A stretch of 64,000 nucleotides of DNA, from positions 17,050,001 through 17,114,000 of the forward strand of contig NW_024704756.1 in assembly GCF_018977255.1 (NCBI RefSeq). The letters are read 5' to 3'. Under the pieces are notes generated by a model. The model had not been told where the DNA came from and ran no database searches. It saw only the letters and a program-made list of their open reading frames with translations. Source of the stretch: Callorhinchus milii (Eukaryota). Below, one piece after another: positions 1 through 12,015 of the stretch. The stretch's first letter is position 1. Every line of letters begins with the position of its first letter. A program made the position numbers and the translations under genes.

Positions 1-36
1 ACGAGGTTAAAGATCCCGCGACTCGATTGTATTTAA

Positions 37-390
37 AATTATCCTGGCATTTGATACAGGGCCTCATGAAGTCTTCGAGACGTCTCAAAGCACTTCACAG
101 AATATACTGGAAAATGAATTGACTGTATATTTTGTGGGCAAAACAGGACAGCCAAATGCACACGGCAGCGTGCCACAAACAGTCGTGGATTGAGTGACCA
201 CATTTTTTTTAAGGGATTATTACCCCTGGAAAAGTGATCCACCAATCAACTAACAACTAGGTTCCTACTGACTGCTACATAAACAGAGGCGTGTGTGTGG
301 CGTAAGCAAACTTGCCTAACATTTTACGCTGCCCAGGAATCGAGCCCGGATCCTCTCACTTGCGAGGCGAGTGCTCTAACCACTGAGCTG
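37..390 (-). mobile_element. tRNA-derived SINE, family A (full length)
   Basis: On the minus strand: A box (gctcagtggttagagcactcg), B box (ggctcgattcc), body gcaagtttgcttacgccac..gcctctgttta, Deu-like 3' part gtttgtggcacgctgc..tttggctg, tail tgtatcaaatgccaggataat. Confidence 0.85.
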
Positions 391-904
391 GATGAAATTG
401 ACCATTTAATTGAGTGCAAATTCCCTGCCAACAAATCACACAGTCATTGACAGTGATTAGCCATGAAGTGATCTGACATAACAGACGCTGTATCAAACAC
501 AGTTATTATTTTCATATTGCCTGCGTGAAATCCTCACGGGGTCAGCGATCAACCAGCGAGGGACTATGTTGGAGATTTCCTGACTCTTGTATCTAAACAG
601 TAAAGCTTCTCTTGTGTGTGCAGCTGAGCTGCCCAAGGACAAGCAGAATTCTTGCATTGGCTCCAAAAATACAAGGTTAGAATTTTTTCGCTTTCTTTCC
701 TCTGTGTGTCATAGTCAGAGTCATAGTCGTAGCCCATAGCTCACAGCTCATCCAAAAGATAGTTCATACTTTTCTTCTTGCTCTGAAGGGTGACGGATGG
801 TGTTTACCTCACCCAAGTCAACACACATGGGGGTGAAGGCAGGATCCAAACCACGGCAACGGCAGAAAAGCCCCCTCACCCCACCCTCTCCACAAATAAT
901 AAAA

Positions 905-1075
905 ATAATGATAATAATCCTTGCATTTGATACAGCGCCTTATCACGCCTTTGAGACGTCTCAAGCGTTTCACAGGATACACTGTAAAGTGAAGTGACTG
1001 TGTATTTTGTGGGTGAAAAGCGGTAGCCAATTGCACACAGCAGCGTCCCACAAACAGTCCTGGATTGAGTGACAG
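905..1075 (-). mobile_element. SINE 3' half (Deu-like region + tail)
   Basis: Reverse complement of the shared tail gtgaa(a)cgcttgagacgtctc..gtgataaggcgctgtatcaaatgcaaggattat. Confidence 0.8.
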
Positions 1076-1224
1076 TATGTTCTGTGTGGCACTTGGAGAT
1101 GTCTCAATGATGTGATAAGGCGCTGATGGTGTCGGAGGTGCCGTCCTTCAGCTGAGTCAATAAAGCGAGGTCCCATCTCTGCCTGATCAGATGGACGTTA
1201 AAGATCCCACGGCTATCTGAGACG

Positions 1225-1605
1225 AATGAAGATGTTTAATATTGAGAGATTAAAGCTGGAGACATTTGTTGCAATGGTCGGTGAGTCAGGCCCGGAAGAC
1301 ACAGATTTCAGGCAATCACCAAAACAGCAAGGAGGGAGGTTAGGAAAACCTGCCTGACACAGAAGATTGCTGGAACGTGGGACATTCTGTCTGGCACCGT
1401 GGCTCAGACAGAATTCAGAGTAGGTTTTAAGAGAGAATGAGATAAGTGTATGAAAGAGAGATATTACAGGGTAAATGTGTGAGGGTGTGTGGGGTGAGAG
1501 GCAGGAGAATGGGACTAAATGGGGAGATGGTCAGAGAGGCTGGATGAGCACAATGATGGACTGAATGGCCGTCTTCTGTGCAATAAATGTCTCTGGTTCT
1601 GTCTA
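1225..1605 (+). mobile_element. CR1 LINE 3' end fragment (degenerate)
   Basis: Resembles the CR1 ORF2 C-terminus and 3' UTR (ttttaagagagaatgagataagt..gcaggagaatgggactaa..atggactgaatggccgtcttctgtgc), homologous to 35905-36210. Confidence 0.7.
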
Positions 1606-1974
1606 TGATCCAGTTGTCTTCCTTCCATTGAAAGAACTCAACGAAGACAGCGGGAAAGTGGGAACAGTCACAAAAGGTTCGCAAAAGATTTTGTTTTTCA
1701 GAGATTCTAATTCACATTAATGGAGACTTTGGTCCCACAAAGAAGCTCCAGGGGGTAGGGGATGTTCCAAAGGCATCACAGTGGGAGAAAAGCAGATTTG
1801 AGATAAGGATAAGAGCTTCTTTCTCTAGTAGACTCTGAGCTCATTACTTGCCTGGTAGGAAAACACTGAGTGAACCCTTGGAGAGGTCCTTGTCAATTGG
1901 TCCTACTGTGCCTCACACTCTCTGATGTCAATCAGACAGGTGAGAGCAGTGGGGCACCCTCCCCTCCCCTCTCA

Positions 1975-2190
1975 AATAACATTACAGGATCTGTAACATC
2001 CACCCAAACCGGCTGACAGGACTCCACTTATCCACTTATCCAGAGGACGGCACCTCTGACAACACAGCACTCTCCTCAGCACTGCACAGGGAGTGTCAGC
2101 AAACCCAGTCAGCTCAGGGTTCCAAACGTGGGACTCGAACCCGCAACCTTTGAGTCTACTGCAGAGGCCGGAACAGAACCAGCTCAGCAC
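1975..2190 (-). mobile_element. Deu-type SINE family B, 5' part
   Basis: Reverse complement of the head (ggttgcgggttcgagtcccac) and gctgacactccctgtgcagtgctgaggagagtgctgtgttgtcagaggtgccgtc, shared with 21237-21686. Confidence 0.75.
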
Positions 2191-2387
2191 ACCTCACCCC
2201 CTTTTCCCATTTGCGGGGTGACCTCACAGCTCGGAGAGTTACCCTCACTGTTTGGTCAACAATCACAATGTACCAGCCACGTGCCCTGTGAAGTGAATAA
2301 CCTGCAGCCGGCCTTTATCTCTGCTCAATCTGCTTTAGTGAATGAGCTCTTTATGTGGTGATCACACCTGCTGTCTGCAGCTCAGGC

Positions 2388-2654
2388 TTGCACTGCTTTG
2401 ATCCTCACTGCTCTGCACTACACTGCACTACTCCTCACTGCTCTGCACTACACTGCTCCTCACTGCTCTGCTCCTCTCTGCACTGCTCTGCTCCGCACTA
2501 CACTGCACTGCTCTGCTCCTCACTGCACTGCTCCTCACTGCACTGCTCTGCTCCTCTCTGCACTGCACTGCTCTGCTCCTCACTGCTCTGCTCCTCACTG
2601 CACTGCTCTGCTCCTCTCTGCACTGCACTGCTCCTCTCTGCACTGCTCTGCTCC
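2388..2654. repeat. Pentamer-mosaic satellite (CTGCA/CTGCT/CTCCT/CTACA)n
   Basis: Directly visible 5-bp periodic repeat with recurring longer blocks. Confidence 0.95.
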
Positions 2655-2744
2655 GGAGCCTTTATCATTGACAAGAATGAGAAACTGTTATGAGGCTGAG
2701 ATGCACAGAGCACACGTTGGCTGATGGACGTTTCACCATTTCAG

Positions 2745-3030
2745 GTTTAATCCTCGTTTGGCACAGAAACCAAATCAGGTAACTTTCCTTACTCACACAC
2801 ACACGCCTCTGTTTATCTACCAGTAAGGAGGAACCCATTTTTTAGTCGATTGTCAGATTGCTTTTCCGGGGATAATAATCCCTTCATAAAAAATAATATT
2901 AATGTGGTCACTCAATCCACGAGTGTTTCTGGGACGCTGCTGTGCACAATTGGCTGCCGCATTTCGTTCACAAAATTCATTTTACAGTATATTCTGTGAA
3001 GCACTTTGAAGACGTTGCGAAGATGTGATA
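2745..3030 (+). mobile_element. SINE family A (degenerate head)
   Basis: tttccttactcacac..gcctctgttta..ttagtcgattg..ataataatccc..ggtcactcaatccacg..gggacgctgctgtgcacaattggctgcc. Confidence 0.8.
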
Positions 3031-3034
3031 ATAG

Positions 3035-3365
3035 CAACAACAAAATTACACATGTAAAGCATTTTTCACGTCGGGAGGACGTCCCAAGGCGCTGGACAGT
3101 TAGAGTTTCAGACACGAGCTGGGGGTCAGGATCGGTGAAGGTAGGGGGAGAAGCAGGGAGATTGAAAGCATGATCAAAGAGGAGGGTCTTGAGATGGGTC
3201 TTGAAGGAGGCAAAGAAGGGGGCGAGGCGAAGAGACTGTGGGATGGAGTTCCAGAGGGTGGGGGCAGAGTGGCAGAAGGTCCGCCTGCCAATGGTGGAGA
3301 GGGCGAGACAGAGGACATGAAGCAGGTGGAGCCCGCTGAGCAGAGGGAGCGAACAGGATGGTAAG
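3035..3365 (-). mobile_element. L2-clade LINE 3' end
   Basis: Minus strand encodes ..PTLWNSIPQSL..SFKTHLKTLLF and ends in gggacgtcctcccgacgtgaaaaatgctttacatgtgtaattttgttgttg. Confidence 0.8.
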
Positions 3366-3750
3366 GCACTATATCAAATGCCAGGATTATTAGTTATTAT
3401 AAACAATCGCTCTGTTTTCCTTCCTTAAGTGTCAGACTCTTTCTTTGTTCAGACAAGCTCTTCATGAAAGAACCTTTTCAGTTGATGCTTGGGAGGGAAG
3501 ACAGATAATATCAACACACTTTGGATCAATCCATTAAAATGGTCAATCGTGTCACATCCTTTAAAACGGTCAATAAATGTTCTGGCAGCGCCGATGGCCT
3601 TATAAGCCCAGACCGCCCGTGATTTATAGTCTTTCTTCTCTCCTGGACATTCCTGAATCGATTTCACAAAACACTTTCCGTTCATCTGGAGCTCAAGCCC
3701 TGTAATCTTGAGAGTGTGGCTGTGATGGACATTTCAGGGGCCCAGTGAGT

Positions 3751-3884
3751 NNNNNNNNNNNNNNNNNNNNNNNNNNNNNNNNNNNNNNNNNNNNNNNNNN
3801 NNNNNNNNNNNNNNNNNNNNNNNNNNNNNNNNNNNNNNNNNNNNNNNNNNNNNNNNNNNNNNNNNNNNNNNNNNNNNNNNNNNN
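3751..3884. other. Assembly gap (134 N)
   Basis: Run of N. Confidence 1.
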
Positions 3885-3896
3885 GACTCCATGCAT

Positions 3897-4219
3897 ATTA
3901 TAATAATATTCCTTGCATTTGATACAGCACCTTATCGCGTCATTGAGACGTCTCACAGGATATATTCTAAAGTGGATTGATTGTGTATTTTGTGCGTGAA
4001 ACGCAGCAGCCAAATGCTCACAGCAGCGTCCCACAAACAGTTGTGGATTAAGTGACCACATTTTTTGTGGGGGGGAATTATTACCCACAGAAAGCGATAT
4101 AGCAATCCTACTTACTGTGAGGTAAACAATACCTTAAGGTTTCACTCTGCCCAGGAATCGAACCCGGGTCCTCTCACTTGCGCGGTGAGCGTGCTAGTCA
4201 CTGCACAATAGGACTCCAC
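3897..4219 (-). mobile_element. SINE family A (near full length)
   Basis: Head gtggagtcc..gggttcgattcctgggc; shared Deu-like 3' part and (TAT)n tail. Confidence 0.85.
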
Positions 4220-4504
4220 AACACCGTTAGACAGAGACAAAGTGTCCCGGCCAGCAATGCTCCAGATAAATCGGTCGTTCACTTCACAGGGGACTTGGCT
4301 GGTACATGTACATAGTCACACTAACCTGAGGGCAATCACTCATCACAAGATTGGCAATGGTTGACGTTGCAGACAATGTCTCAGGATTACTTTTAACTAT
4401 TGCAAACAATAGTATTGTATTAAATATATATTTACACTGTAGATAAATATTTACTTCTCTCGAGTACGCTCCACTGTTATAACATAGACATGGTGTCACA
4501 CCTC

Positions 4505-4619
4505 GGTGCATTTTCACAGGTGCTATCTTTTGGAATAAGATGTGAAACCAAGATCCCGTCTGTGGCCGTTCAGGTGGATGTTGAAGATCTCCCGCGGCAT
4601 TATTGGGAAAGAGAAGGAA

Positions 4620-4654
<35 letters not shown>

Positions 4655-4785
4655 GATGTCCTGGCCGACAATCCCCCAAATAAGATTAGTCAATTGGCTG
4701 CCACATTTGCCTACAACCTCAGTCACTACACTTTACAGTAAATTCCAGTGAAACGGTTTGAGACGCCCGCCTGATATGAACGGTG
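4505..4785 (+). mobile_element. Deu-type SINE family B fragment with (CT)n expansion
   Basis: gatgtgaaaccaagatcccgtctg..caggtggatgttgaagatc..tcctggccgacaatcc..attggctgccacatttgcctac..agtcactacactt. Confidence 0.75.
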
Positions 4786-5714
4786 CGGTGTGCCAAACGC
4801 GCGGCTGGTTACTGCTCTCTGTGAAGCTTTCCCTGTTTGGAGAGGCGAGTTCTCTGGGTCTACAGAACCTTCTGCAACAGCTCCTGGGGCCGAGTAGGTG
4901 GCCGGGGCTGGAGGCCAGCGGAGGTTGGCAATTCCCAGGAAGAGGAGAGGGAGAGACCGGTCCCAAAATAACCCCCAACAAACCAGGTCCCGGATGTAAC
5001 AAGCAGCAATTGTCACCTCAACTGCCAGCCTTGTGGTGACCTCCTGGCTCCCAGCGGAGAACCCGGCTCAACAATTGTCTGTTTATTTGGAAACAAAGAG
5101 ATTATTTAGTGGTTTCTGTCTGCCGTTGGCATTAATTCACGGGTGAAGAGAGTTCAGAGTCTTTCCTGGTCGTGTGTGTGTGTGTGCGTGTACAATATAT
5201 ATAATTTTTTTGTGTGTGTTTTATTTTTCTTGGACTCTGCGGAAATCATGTGATAGCCGCAGCTCAGAGGTACTGAGTTGGATTGTCTCATAATGTTTAT
5301 GTTTCTCGCTCTCTTCTCTCTCTCTCTCTCTTCCTCGCTCTCTCTCACTCACTCTATCCAAACTGAATGAAGTCATGTCAGACAGCTGAGGTCTGACAGT
5401 CAGGTCTCAGGCCTTGACTCTGAAGCCAGGAGACCTAGAGGGACCTCTTTTGGCCTTCGATCTCACCAGCTGCTTCTCGTTGATCCACTGCAGTCTGACG
5501 TGACGTCCAAAAACCATCCAGATGTCAGCAGCTCTTGTGCCGATTCCCAGTGCAGCTCCCGGGACAGAGTGTTTTCCAGCCGGAAATCACTGCTGCTTCA
5601 TTCTCAGCACATTCCCCGGGAGCTCCAGCCAGAAATTCCACCTCCTCTGAAATTATTTTTCTTTTACTCTTAACTATACCCCAACTGCAAAGTGCAGTGA
5701 GATGTCCTCCGATG

Positions 5715-6045
5715 TCAAAGTTGTGTAAATGTCAATTTGTACAGCGTCCCTCACTTAGGGTAGTGTCTCGGAGTGCTTAACGGTAGCGGAGCCTACACTG
5801 AGCCGGGGGAGGAGGGAGGTGACTGTACACACTGATGGTTGAAACGAGGGGATGAGGATCAAGCAGGAGGCTGGAGCCTGCCGAGTGGAGGTAGTGGGTT
5901 GGGGAGTAAGCAGGTCGCAGAGGTAGAGAGGTGCCAAGGCACGAAGGGATTTGTAGATGAGTGTGAGGATCTTGAAGTTGATCCATTCTGTGATGTGGAG
6001 CCAATGGAGTCTGGTGAGGAGGTGTGATTGGACGGCAGTACATAG
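5715..6045 (-). mobile_element. L2-clade LINE 3' fragment
   Basis: Minus strand encodes ITPP..RLHWL..INFKILTLIYKSLRALAPLYLCDLL, the typical L2 ORF2 C-terminus. Confidence 0.8.
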
Positions 6046-6454
6046 CGCGGGACGTAAATGTAAGGATTGTTGTTATTCAGGTCAATTTGGGGGCCAGCTT
6101 TCAGGCAGCTCTTAAAGAAGGAAACCCGCTTCTAGTTTAAAGTCAAAAATCATTCTCAGTGAAGGTCCCACAAATCGCCAGGAGGTGAATGGACGGTTTT
6201 AAAAGGCCAGAAATATGAGGGGTTTTTCGACACAGCCTTAGGTTTGTTGTGGGAAAAATCCAGGCAATTAATAAAGAGCCAATCAGGAGAAAACAGGATG
6301 TATAAAAGGACACTGGGAGTGGGACACAAGTATTGTGGGTTAGGTTGATGTATTGGATCGTAGTGAGGACGGAGAAGGAGGGAAAAAGAAGGGAAAAGAG
6401 GGAGAGAGAAAAAAAAATTACTGAATGCACCAGTATTGTGTTGAAGAAACATTG

Positions 6455-7015
6455 CACTGAGCCGGGCTGACACACACACTGAGCCGGGCTGATACACACT
6501 GAGCCGGGCTGACACACACTGAGCCGGGCTGACACACACTGAGCCGGGCTGACACACACTGAGCCGGGCTGACACACACACTGAGCCGGGCTGACACACA
6601 CACTGAGCCGGGCTGACACACACTGAGCCGGGCTGACACACACTGAGCCGGGCTGACACACACTGAGCCGGGCTGACACACACACTGAGCCGGGCTGACA
6701 CACACACTGAGCCGGGCTGACACACACTGAGCCGGGCTGACACACACTGAGCCGGGCTGACACCACACTGAGCCGGGCTGACACACACACTGAGCCGGGC
6801 TGACACACACTGAGCCGGGCTGACACACACACTGAGCCGGGCTGACACACACACTGAGCCGGGCTGACACGCACACTGAGCCGGGCTGACACACACTGAG
6901 CCGGGCTGACACACACTGAGCCGGGCTGATACACACTGAGCCGGGCTGACACACACTGAGCCGGGCTGACACACACTGAGCCGGGCTGACACACACTGAG
7001 CCGGGCTGACACACA
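6455..7015. repeat. Minisatellite, 27 copies of CACTGAGCCGGGCTGACA(CA)1-2 (20-22 bp)
   Basis: Counted directly; near-perfect units differing mainly in CA number. Confidence 0.98.
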
Positions 7016-7719
7016 GTAATGGTGAGTACAGTTGAGTGGAGTGTCTGAATCATTTGCAGTGTCTTTCTTTTGTTGTACATTTCGGACTGAAACCCCCCCA
7101 TGACAGATCATCACTGACAGAGCCAGTCACAGCGACAGACACAGCCCCCAACCCGGCTACACACTGAAGGAGGAGAGAAGGGAAGGGAAGATTTGCGCTG
7201 AGTGTGTCCTCTCTGGTTGCAAGCTCAGAACTCGCATGCCTGTGAGCTGGGTCTTAAATATCATTAGCACTTGAGACTCTGGGGCGATCCGGGCACTCGC
7301 TCTGACACAGGGTATATTTATCAGTTACACCGTGAGGACTTGTGAGGATTTCCTGAAATAACTCACTCTGTCTGCTTGTCCTCGCCAAGGGACAGTGTTT
7401 AAAGCCTGAGCTAGTAGCATCTTTAGTCAATGTGTCTTGTCTCTTCCTCCCTCCTATGTTGGCTGTTTGTGGGGATGTTGCTTGGCTTCAACTGCGCTGT
7501 TGTGTTCCCCCTACAAACACACAGTCACTATTCCTGTGACTATCCTACAAAGCGCTTTAGGAATTCCTCCTGACGTGAAAGGCACTGCACCAAATGTAAA
7601 GATTATTATTATTACTTTGACGATGTCCTGCCCTCGGAGCTTTGTCTATCACTGTCTCGCGATAAAAGAGTCAGCTACATATTAAGTCATGTCTTGTGTC
7701 AGACTTGCTCAGTCCTTGC

Positions 7720-8075
7720 TCTCTCACTCGTCTTTGGCTCAGAAGATGATGGTACATCGGGGACTTTGAGTTCACAGTCTAGGCTGAAGATCCATTACAG
7801 CGCTTGAGGGGAAATGCCGCATTCTCGAAAGCTTAGTCCTTTGAATATGACATTAAAACAAGGTCCTGTCTGTGTCTATTCAGTGGATGTTCAAGATCCC
7901 GCAGATGCTATTGGAAAAGAGAAGGGAATTTCTCTCTGGCCAACAATCCCACAGATAAATAAATCAGCCATTGACTTTGTGGCTGTTTGTAAGACCTTTG
8001 TTGTATACAAAATGGCTGCTACGTTAGCCTACATTATACACAGTCACTACACTTGACAGTGACTCCATGTGATCT
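7720..8075 (+). mobile_element. Deu-type SINE family B (degenerate)
   Basis: gacattaaaacaaggtcctgtctg..gtggatgttcaagatcccgc..ctggccaacaatcc..ggctgtttgt..aatggctgc..cagtcactacactt. Confidence 0.7.
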
Positions 8076-8629
8076 GTTTTGCACCGTTCTAGGCAAGGTA
8101 TCAAACCGAAGGCTTATCATTGTTAGACGATAGGAGGATGTTGAGGGCGCACTGGGCAGACATTGCTTTACTTATTAGGGCTTGTGTGAAAAGCCAATAT
8201 GTGCTATTATTTAGCTCTGTCAATTTGGTACAGCTATGGTAATCTGCAACAGCCCATCTGACTGTGGTTTTACTCCACGCCTGCACTCAGGGAGGTCGGC
8301 TGGCAGAAGGTGAGGGCTGTGCTGGTTCGAATAACAGCTGGAGCAAAGCAACCCCCCAGACCCAACCTACGTCACGATATCGCAGTACTATGACGCACAT
8401 TCAAATCGTTCCATGTCTGTTTCCTGGCACAACTTCAATCCCCTCTGGCTGGTGTGGATGCACTCGCACCAGTCAGTCCTTTGTTTGCTTGCAAGTGGGT
8501 TATTCAGGCCTGACCAGGTAACTGTCCTGGTTAACACGTCAGGCCTGAGCTACAAAAGCCTAGTGTAAGCGACATCCACCCATGGACGGGAATGGTGCTC
8601 CCAATGAGAGGAGAGTATCTCCACTAGCA

Positions 8630-8770
8630 TGGGATTGGCTGGGATGAAATGGGAAGGCATGGGAGGGGAAGTGATGGGATGAGATGGGAAGACAAGGGAT
8701 GGGAGGGGAAGGAAAGGCAAAGGATGAGAGAAGTTGGGAAGTGATGGGATCAGGTGGGATGGGTGGGGAC
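8630..8770. repeat. Degenerate (GGGAT/GGGAA)n pentamer tract
   Basis: Visible 5-bp periodic purine-rich tract. Confidence 0.75.
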
Positions 8771-9785
8771 AGCTGTCTGGCTGAGCTGAACAAGGCAGCA
8801 TCACTTCACGTGCCTCTTTCATACCAGATGGGAAGAGAATGTTACAGGGAGGGATAATTATGTCAATGTAAAGGATGTTAGAGAGCGAAGCCTGGCTCCT
8901 GTATCCACAGAGGAAGCTGTGAGTCATGTGCGACTGGTCACAGGGTGTCTTGTAGAGGCCAACAATGTTCCAAAGGTCTCGAGCAAACAGCAGACCTGAA
9001 ATTCCACTGGCTCTTAGTCTGTGTGACCAAGTTAAGGTGGCACAGTTGAAAAATATTCTTCAATCCAGTTCTTATTTGGAACGCAGTTTTGTTTTAAGAA
9101 ACTGCAGGAAAAAATGAAGACTTCTGTGGGATCTCACGTTTTAAGACAACATGGGCACACAGGCTAAGACTAAACTGAATTCCAGGGCCTGTGTGTGGCT
9201 GCTTTGCCGAGCAAAGCTCTGAAACCTTGACAAAACAGTTGGTGTCCATGGCTGTAGTGTGTAGATTTGTGCACATGCTTCAATATAACATGACCCTCAG
9301 GGGCTCTTGATCTCAACAGTCTGGCTGTTCTCGCCTTTCTGACCTCCTTCCAGAACATGTTTACTCTTTACTCAAGTGTGACCTTGCTTTAAAACCCGAT
9401 GCTTAATTTTGAATACTATATAAATAACCTAAATTAGCCCTTGCCAGAATGGAATAACGAGGAGCCAAGTACAGTAGAACATAATGTACAATTGAGATGT
9501 TATTGCTTTGGGAACTGTCCAAAAAAAATTCTGACTGCGCCGTAACTTTGTCCTGTTAGTCATGCCTGTTAAAGCAAATCATCCTTGGGTTAAAGTGAGG
9601 ACGCTTTACCTTATTACAGGTTACAATGAGGCAGGTACTCAGCCTTTGCATCAGTGTCCAAGCTTGGCCTGAAGGAAGAGGGGAGAGTGTGTGTTAGACA
9701 CCCAGGCAGGAGCCAGCCATGTGGAACTTCAATGATTTCCAAGACTCAGGGGTCAATGTGTTACAAACCAGAGCCATCGAAATAG

Positions 9786-9800
9786 CAGAGAGAGAAGGAA

Positions 9801-9838
<38 letters not shown>

Positions 9839-9885
9839 GGAAAAAAAGACAGAGAAAAAGAAGGAAAGAAAGACAGAGAAAGATA
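9786..9885. repeat. (GA)n/GAAA purine microsatellite
   Basis: Directly visible. Confidence 0.9.
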
Positions 9886-10894
9886 TGTTTTTTCAAAATA
9901 AAATTTTCTTTCTTTGTTTTCCCAAAATCAAGGGCTCTTCCTTGACGATGGTTCTTGAGACATCCTTGGTCTGAGACCTCACACAGTGCAGGAGACCAGC
10001 GAGGGTCAGACATGACAGGACAAGAGGTAGTGAGGTCAGGCTTGGCTTTAAAGGCCTGTAGAGTGTAGAAGGATTCTCCTTGTTGCCACTGGATCCATTA
10101 CAGTCTCCCCGTACAGCACTTCAGCTCTGCACCAATTCCACCACAAGTTGCCTCTTTGGTGAAGCCCCATTGCCAATGACAGAAGCAGAATTGATGTGGG
10201 GGCGGTTGCTGGGCAGGACTGGTGGTGGAGTGGTTTGGCACAGTAGAGAGTGCCCTTGTTCTAGAACTTGGAGCAAACCTCCTGGTCTTAAAAGTTCACT
10301 GACCTAAATTCCAATCTCAGTCAGGACTCATTCCATCCCACAGTCCCTTCACCCTTCACCTCGCCCCTTGCCTTGCCTCCTTCAAGGCCTGTCTCAAGAC
10401 CCTCCTCTTCGACCGGGTCTTTGGTGTGAATTTAAGAGTCTGAAAAGAGAAGAGGCAAATTTACGCACACAAAAAAAATCCTCCAGAACCAACCAAGTCT
10501 ATTACTTGCTGATGAGCAAATGGGAGAAAACTGGGAAGTAATTAATGTTTATTGAACTGTGTTTCCTCCCCATTATTCTGGCACATAAACTAATCCTGTT
10601 ACAACAGTCTTCACTCCAGGCCAATGCGGAACTTTTCATTTCTTGAGAACTTGTCTCACCCTTGACAAGGCAGCGAGTGAGGATATGGCTCAATCTGCCT
10701 AAGAGTCAGCCAGAGAGCAGAGAAGCTGCCATTGGTACTGGAGGGGTTGTGTCAAGAAGGTGGCTATTTGATGATTTGGTGGTGGGGGTGGGGGCGGGTG
10801 GGACGGTCGTGGGGGAGGTGCTTGTGTAACACTTAACATTGTGATATGATAATGATTTTGTGATATGATGGGGAGTTTGTGCTTTGACAGAGTT

Positions 10895-11040
10895 TGGTGG
10901 AAAGCTATTTGTTAGGTCCAGGGTATTAAGGGATATGGGGCAAGGGCAGATAATTGGAGTTGAAGTACAGATCAGCCATGCTCTTATAGAATGATGGAAC
11001 ACGCTCGAGGGGCTGAATGGCCTCCTCCTGTCTCTATGTT
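10895..11040 (+). mobile_element. CR1-type 3' UTR fragment
   Basis: ttaagggatatgggg..gatcagccatgctcttatagaatgatggaacacgctcgaggggctgaatggcctcctcctgtctctatgtt, the familiar CR1-type 3' tail of cartilaginous fish. Confidence 0.7.
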
Positions 11041-11776
11041 GCTGGTGTGTGCCTCACGGTTGCAGAGATTCTCGCACCTGTAAAGATAATCTTAAAAATC
11101 AATCTTGTCCATTGAATTGCCTCTTTTGCTCTGCTGGATCACATCCTAAAGGGAATTACAATAATCTTCAATCAATCAATTAATTAATAGAAACAAAATA
11201 AGGGTTAGAAACTGGGTAAATGACCCCAGTGTTCACAGGACAAACTAACGTGCCCTCAAGCTATCCATAAATCCAGAGACTGCCCAAAATTAACTGGGCA
11301 GAGAACATGCACTCTGACCAAATTTGGTCTTTGCTTGACGATTTCATGGGTCTTTGGGACATCTGGAAGGAGCAGCATGACCTTGCTGGAATCTTATCTA
11401 CCATTGCTTGGCAGCGGAGCCAGACCTCTGGGTAACAACTACGTGTGTCTGCGTGAGTGTGTGTGTGTCTGACATCAAACCAGATTATTATTACTTTTTC
11501 CGTTATTCATTCCCCCCACCCCCCAGGTTTGTTAAAGCGCTCTTCCTCTTTCACTTTACATACCAGTCTCTGCCCCAGCTGACAACACCTTTCCCCCTCC
11601 CCCCCACAACACACTCCCCCCACCCCACCCCCGCAGACCCACACTCACCCCTCCTCTTCCAGGCTTGGCTTTAGTGCTTCTGAAATGCTGTACTCTGTTC
11701 AGCACTTTGGGACATCCTCCCGATGTGAAAGACGCTATACAAATGTAATCTTGTTGTTGTTGTTGTTCTCTCTAAC

Positions 11777-11795
11777 TGGCCAGTAGGAGGTGCTC
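11777..11795 (+). promoter_or_regulatory. CTCF-like motif
   Basis: TGGCCAGTAGGAGGTGCTC; two mismatches to CCASYAGRKGGCRS. Confidence 0.3.
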
Positions 11796-12015
11796 CACAG
11801 TGATGAGATTATTGACCTTGTGAGTTACCCTGTGTGAGTCTTCACTCATCTCTTCCTTTGCCTGAGGGCAAGGAGAAGATCGGAAGCTATGATGAATAAA
11901 TAATCCCTACATTTGACACAGTGCCTGAAATGTCAAAACATTTTAAAGTGCTTCACAGGGGATTGCTGTCAAGTGGGCATTTGTAGCCAAAAAAACAGCC
12001 AATTTACTGGGAGCA

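Noticed and set aside
6455-7015. CRISPR-like array
   Set aside because: Repeats are head-to-tail with no unique spacers, there are no cas genes, and the context is vertebrate.
6143-7114. Long minus-strand ORFs (323, 278 and 227 aa)
   Set aside because: Translations of the 20-22-bp minisatellite, which lacks stops on that strand; no protein features.
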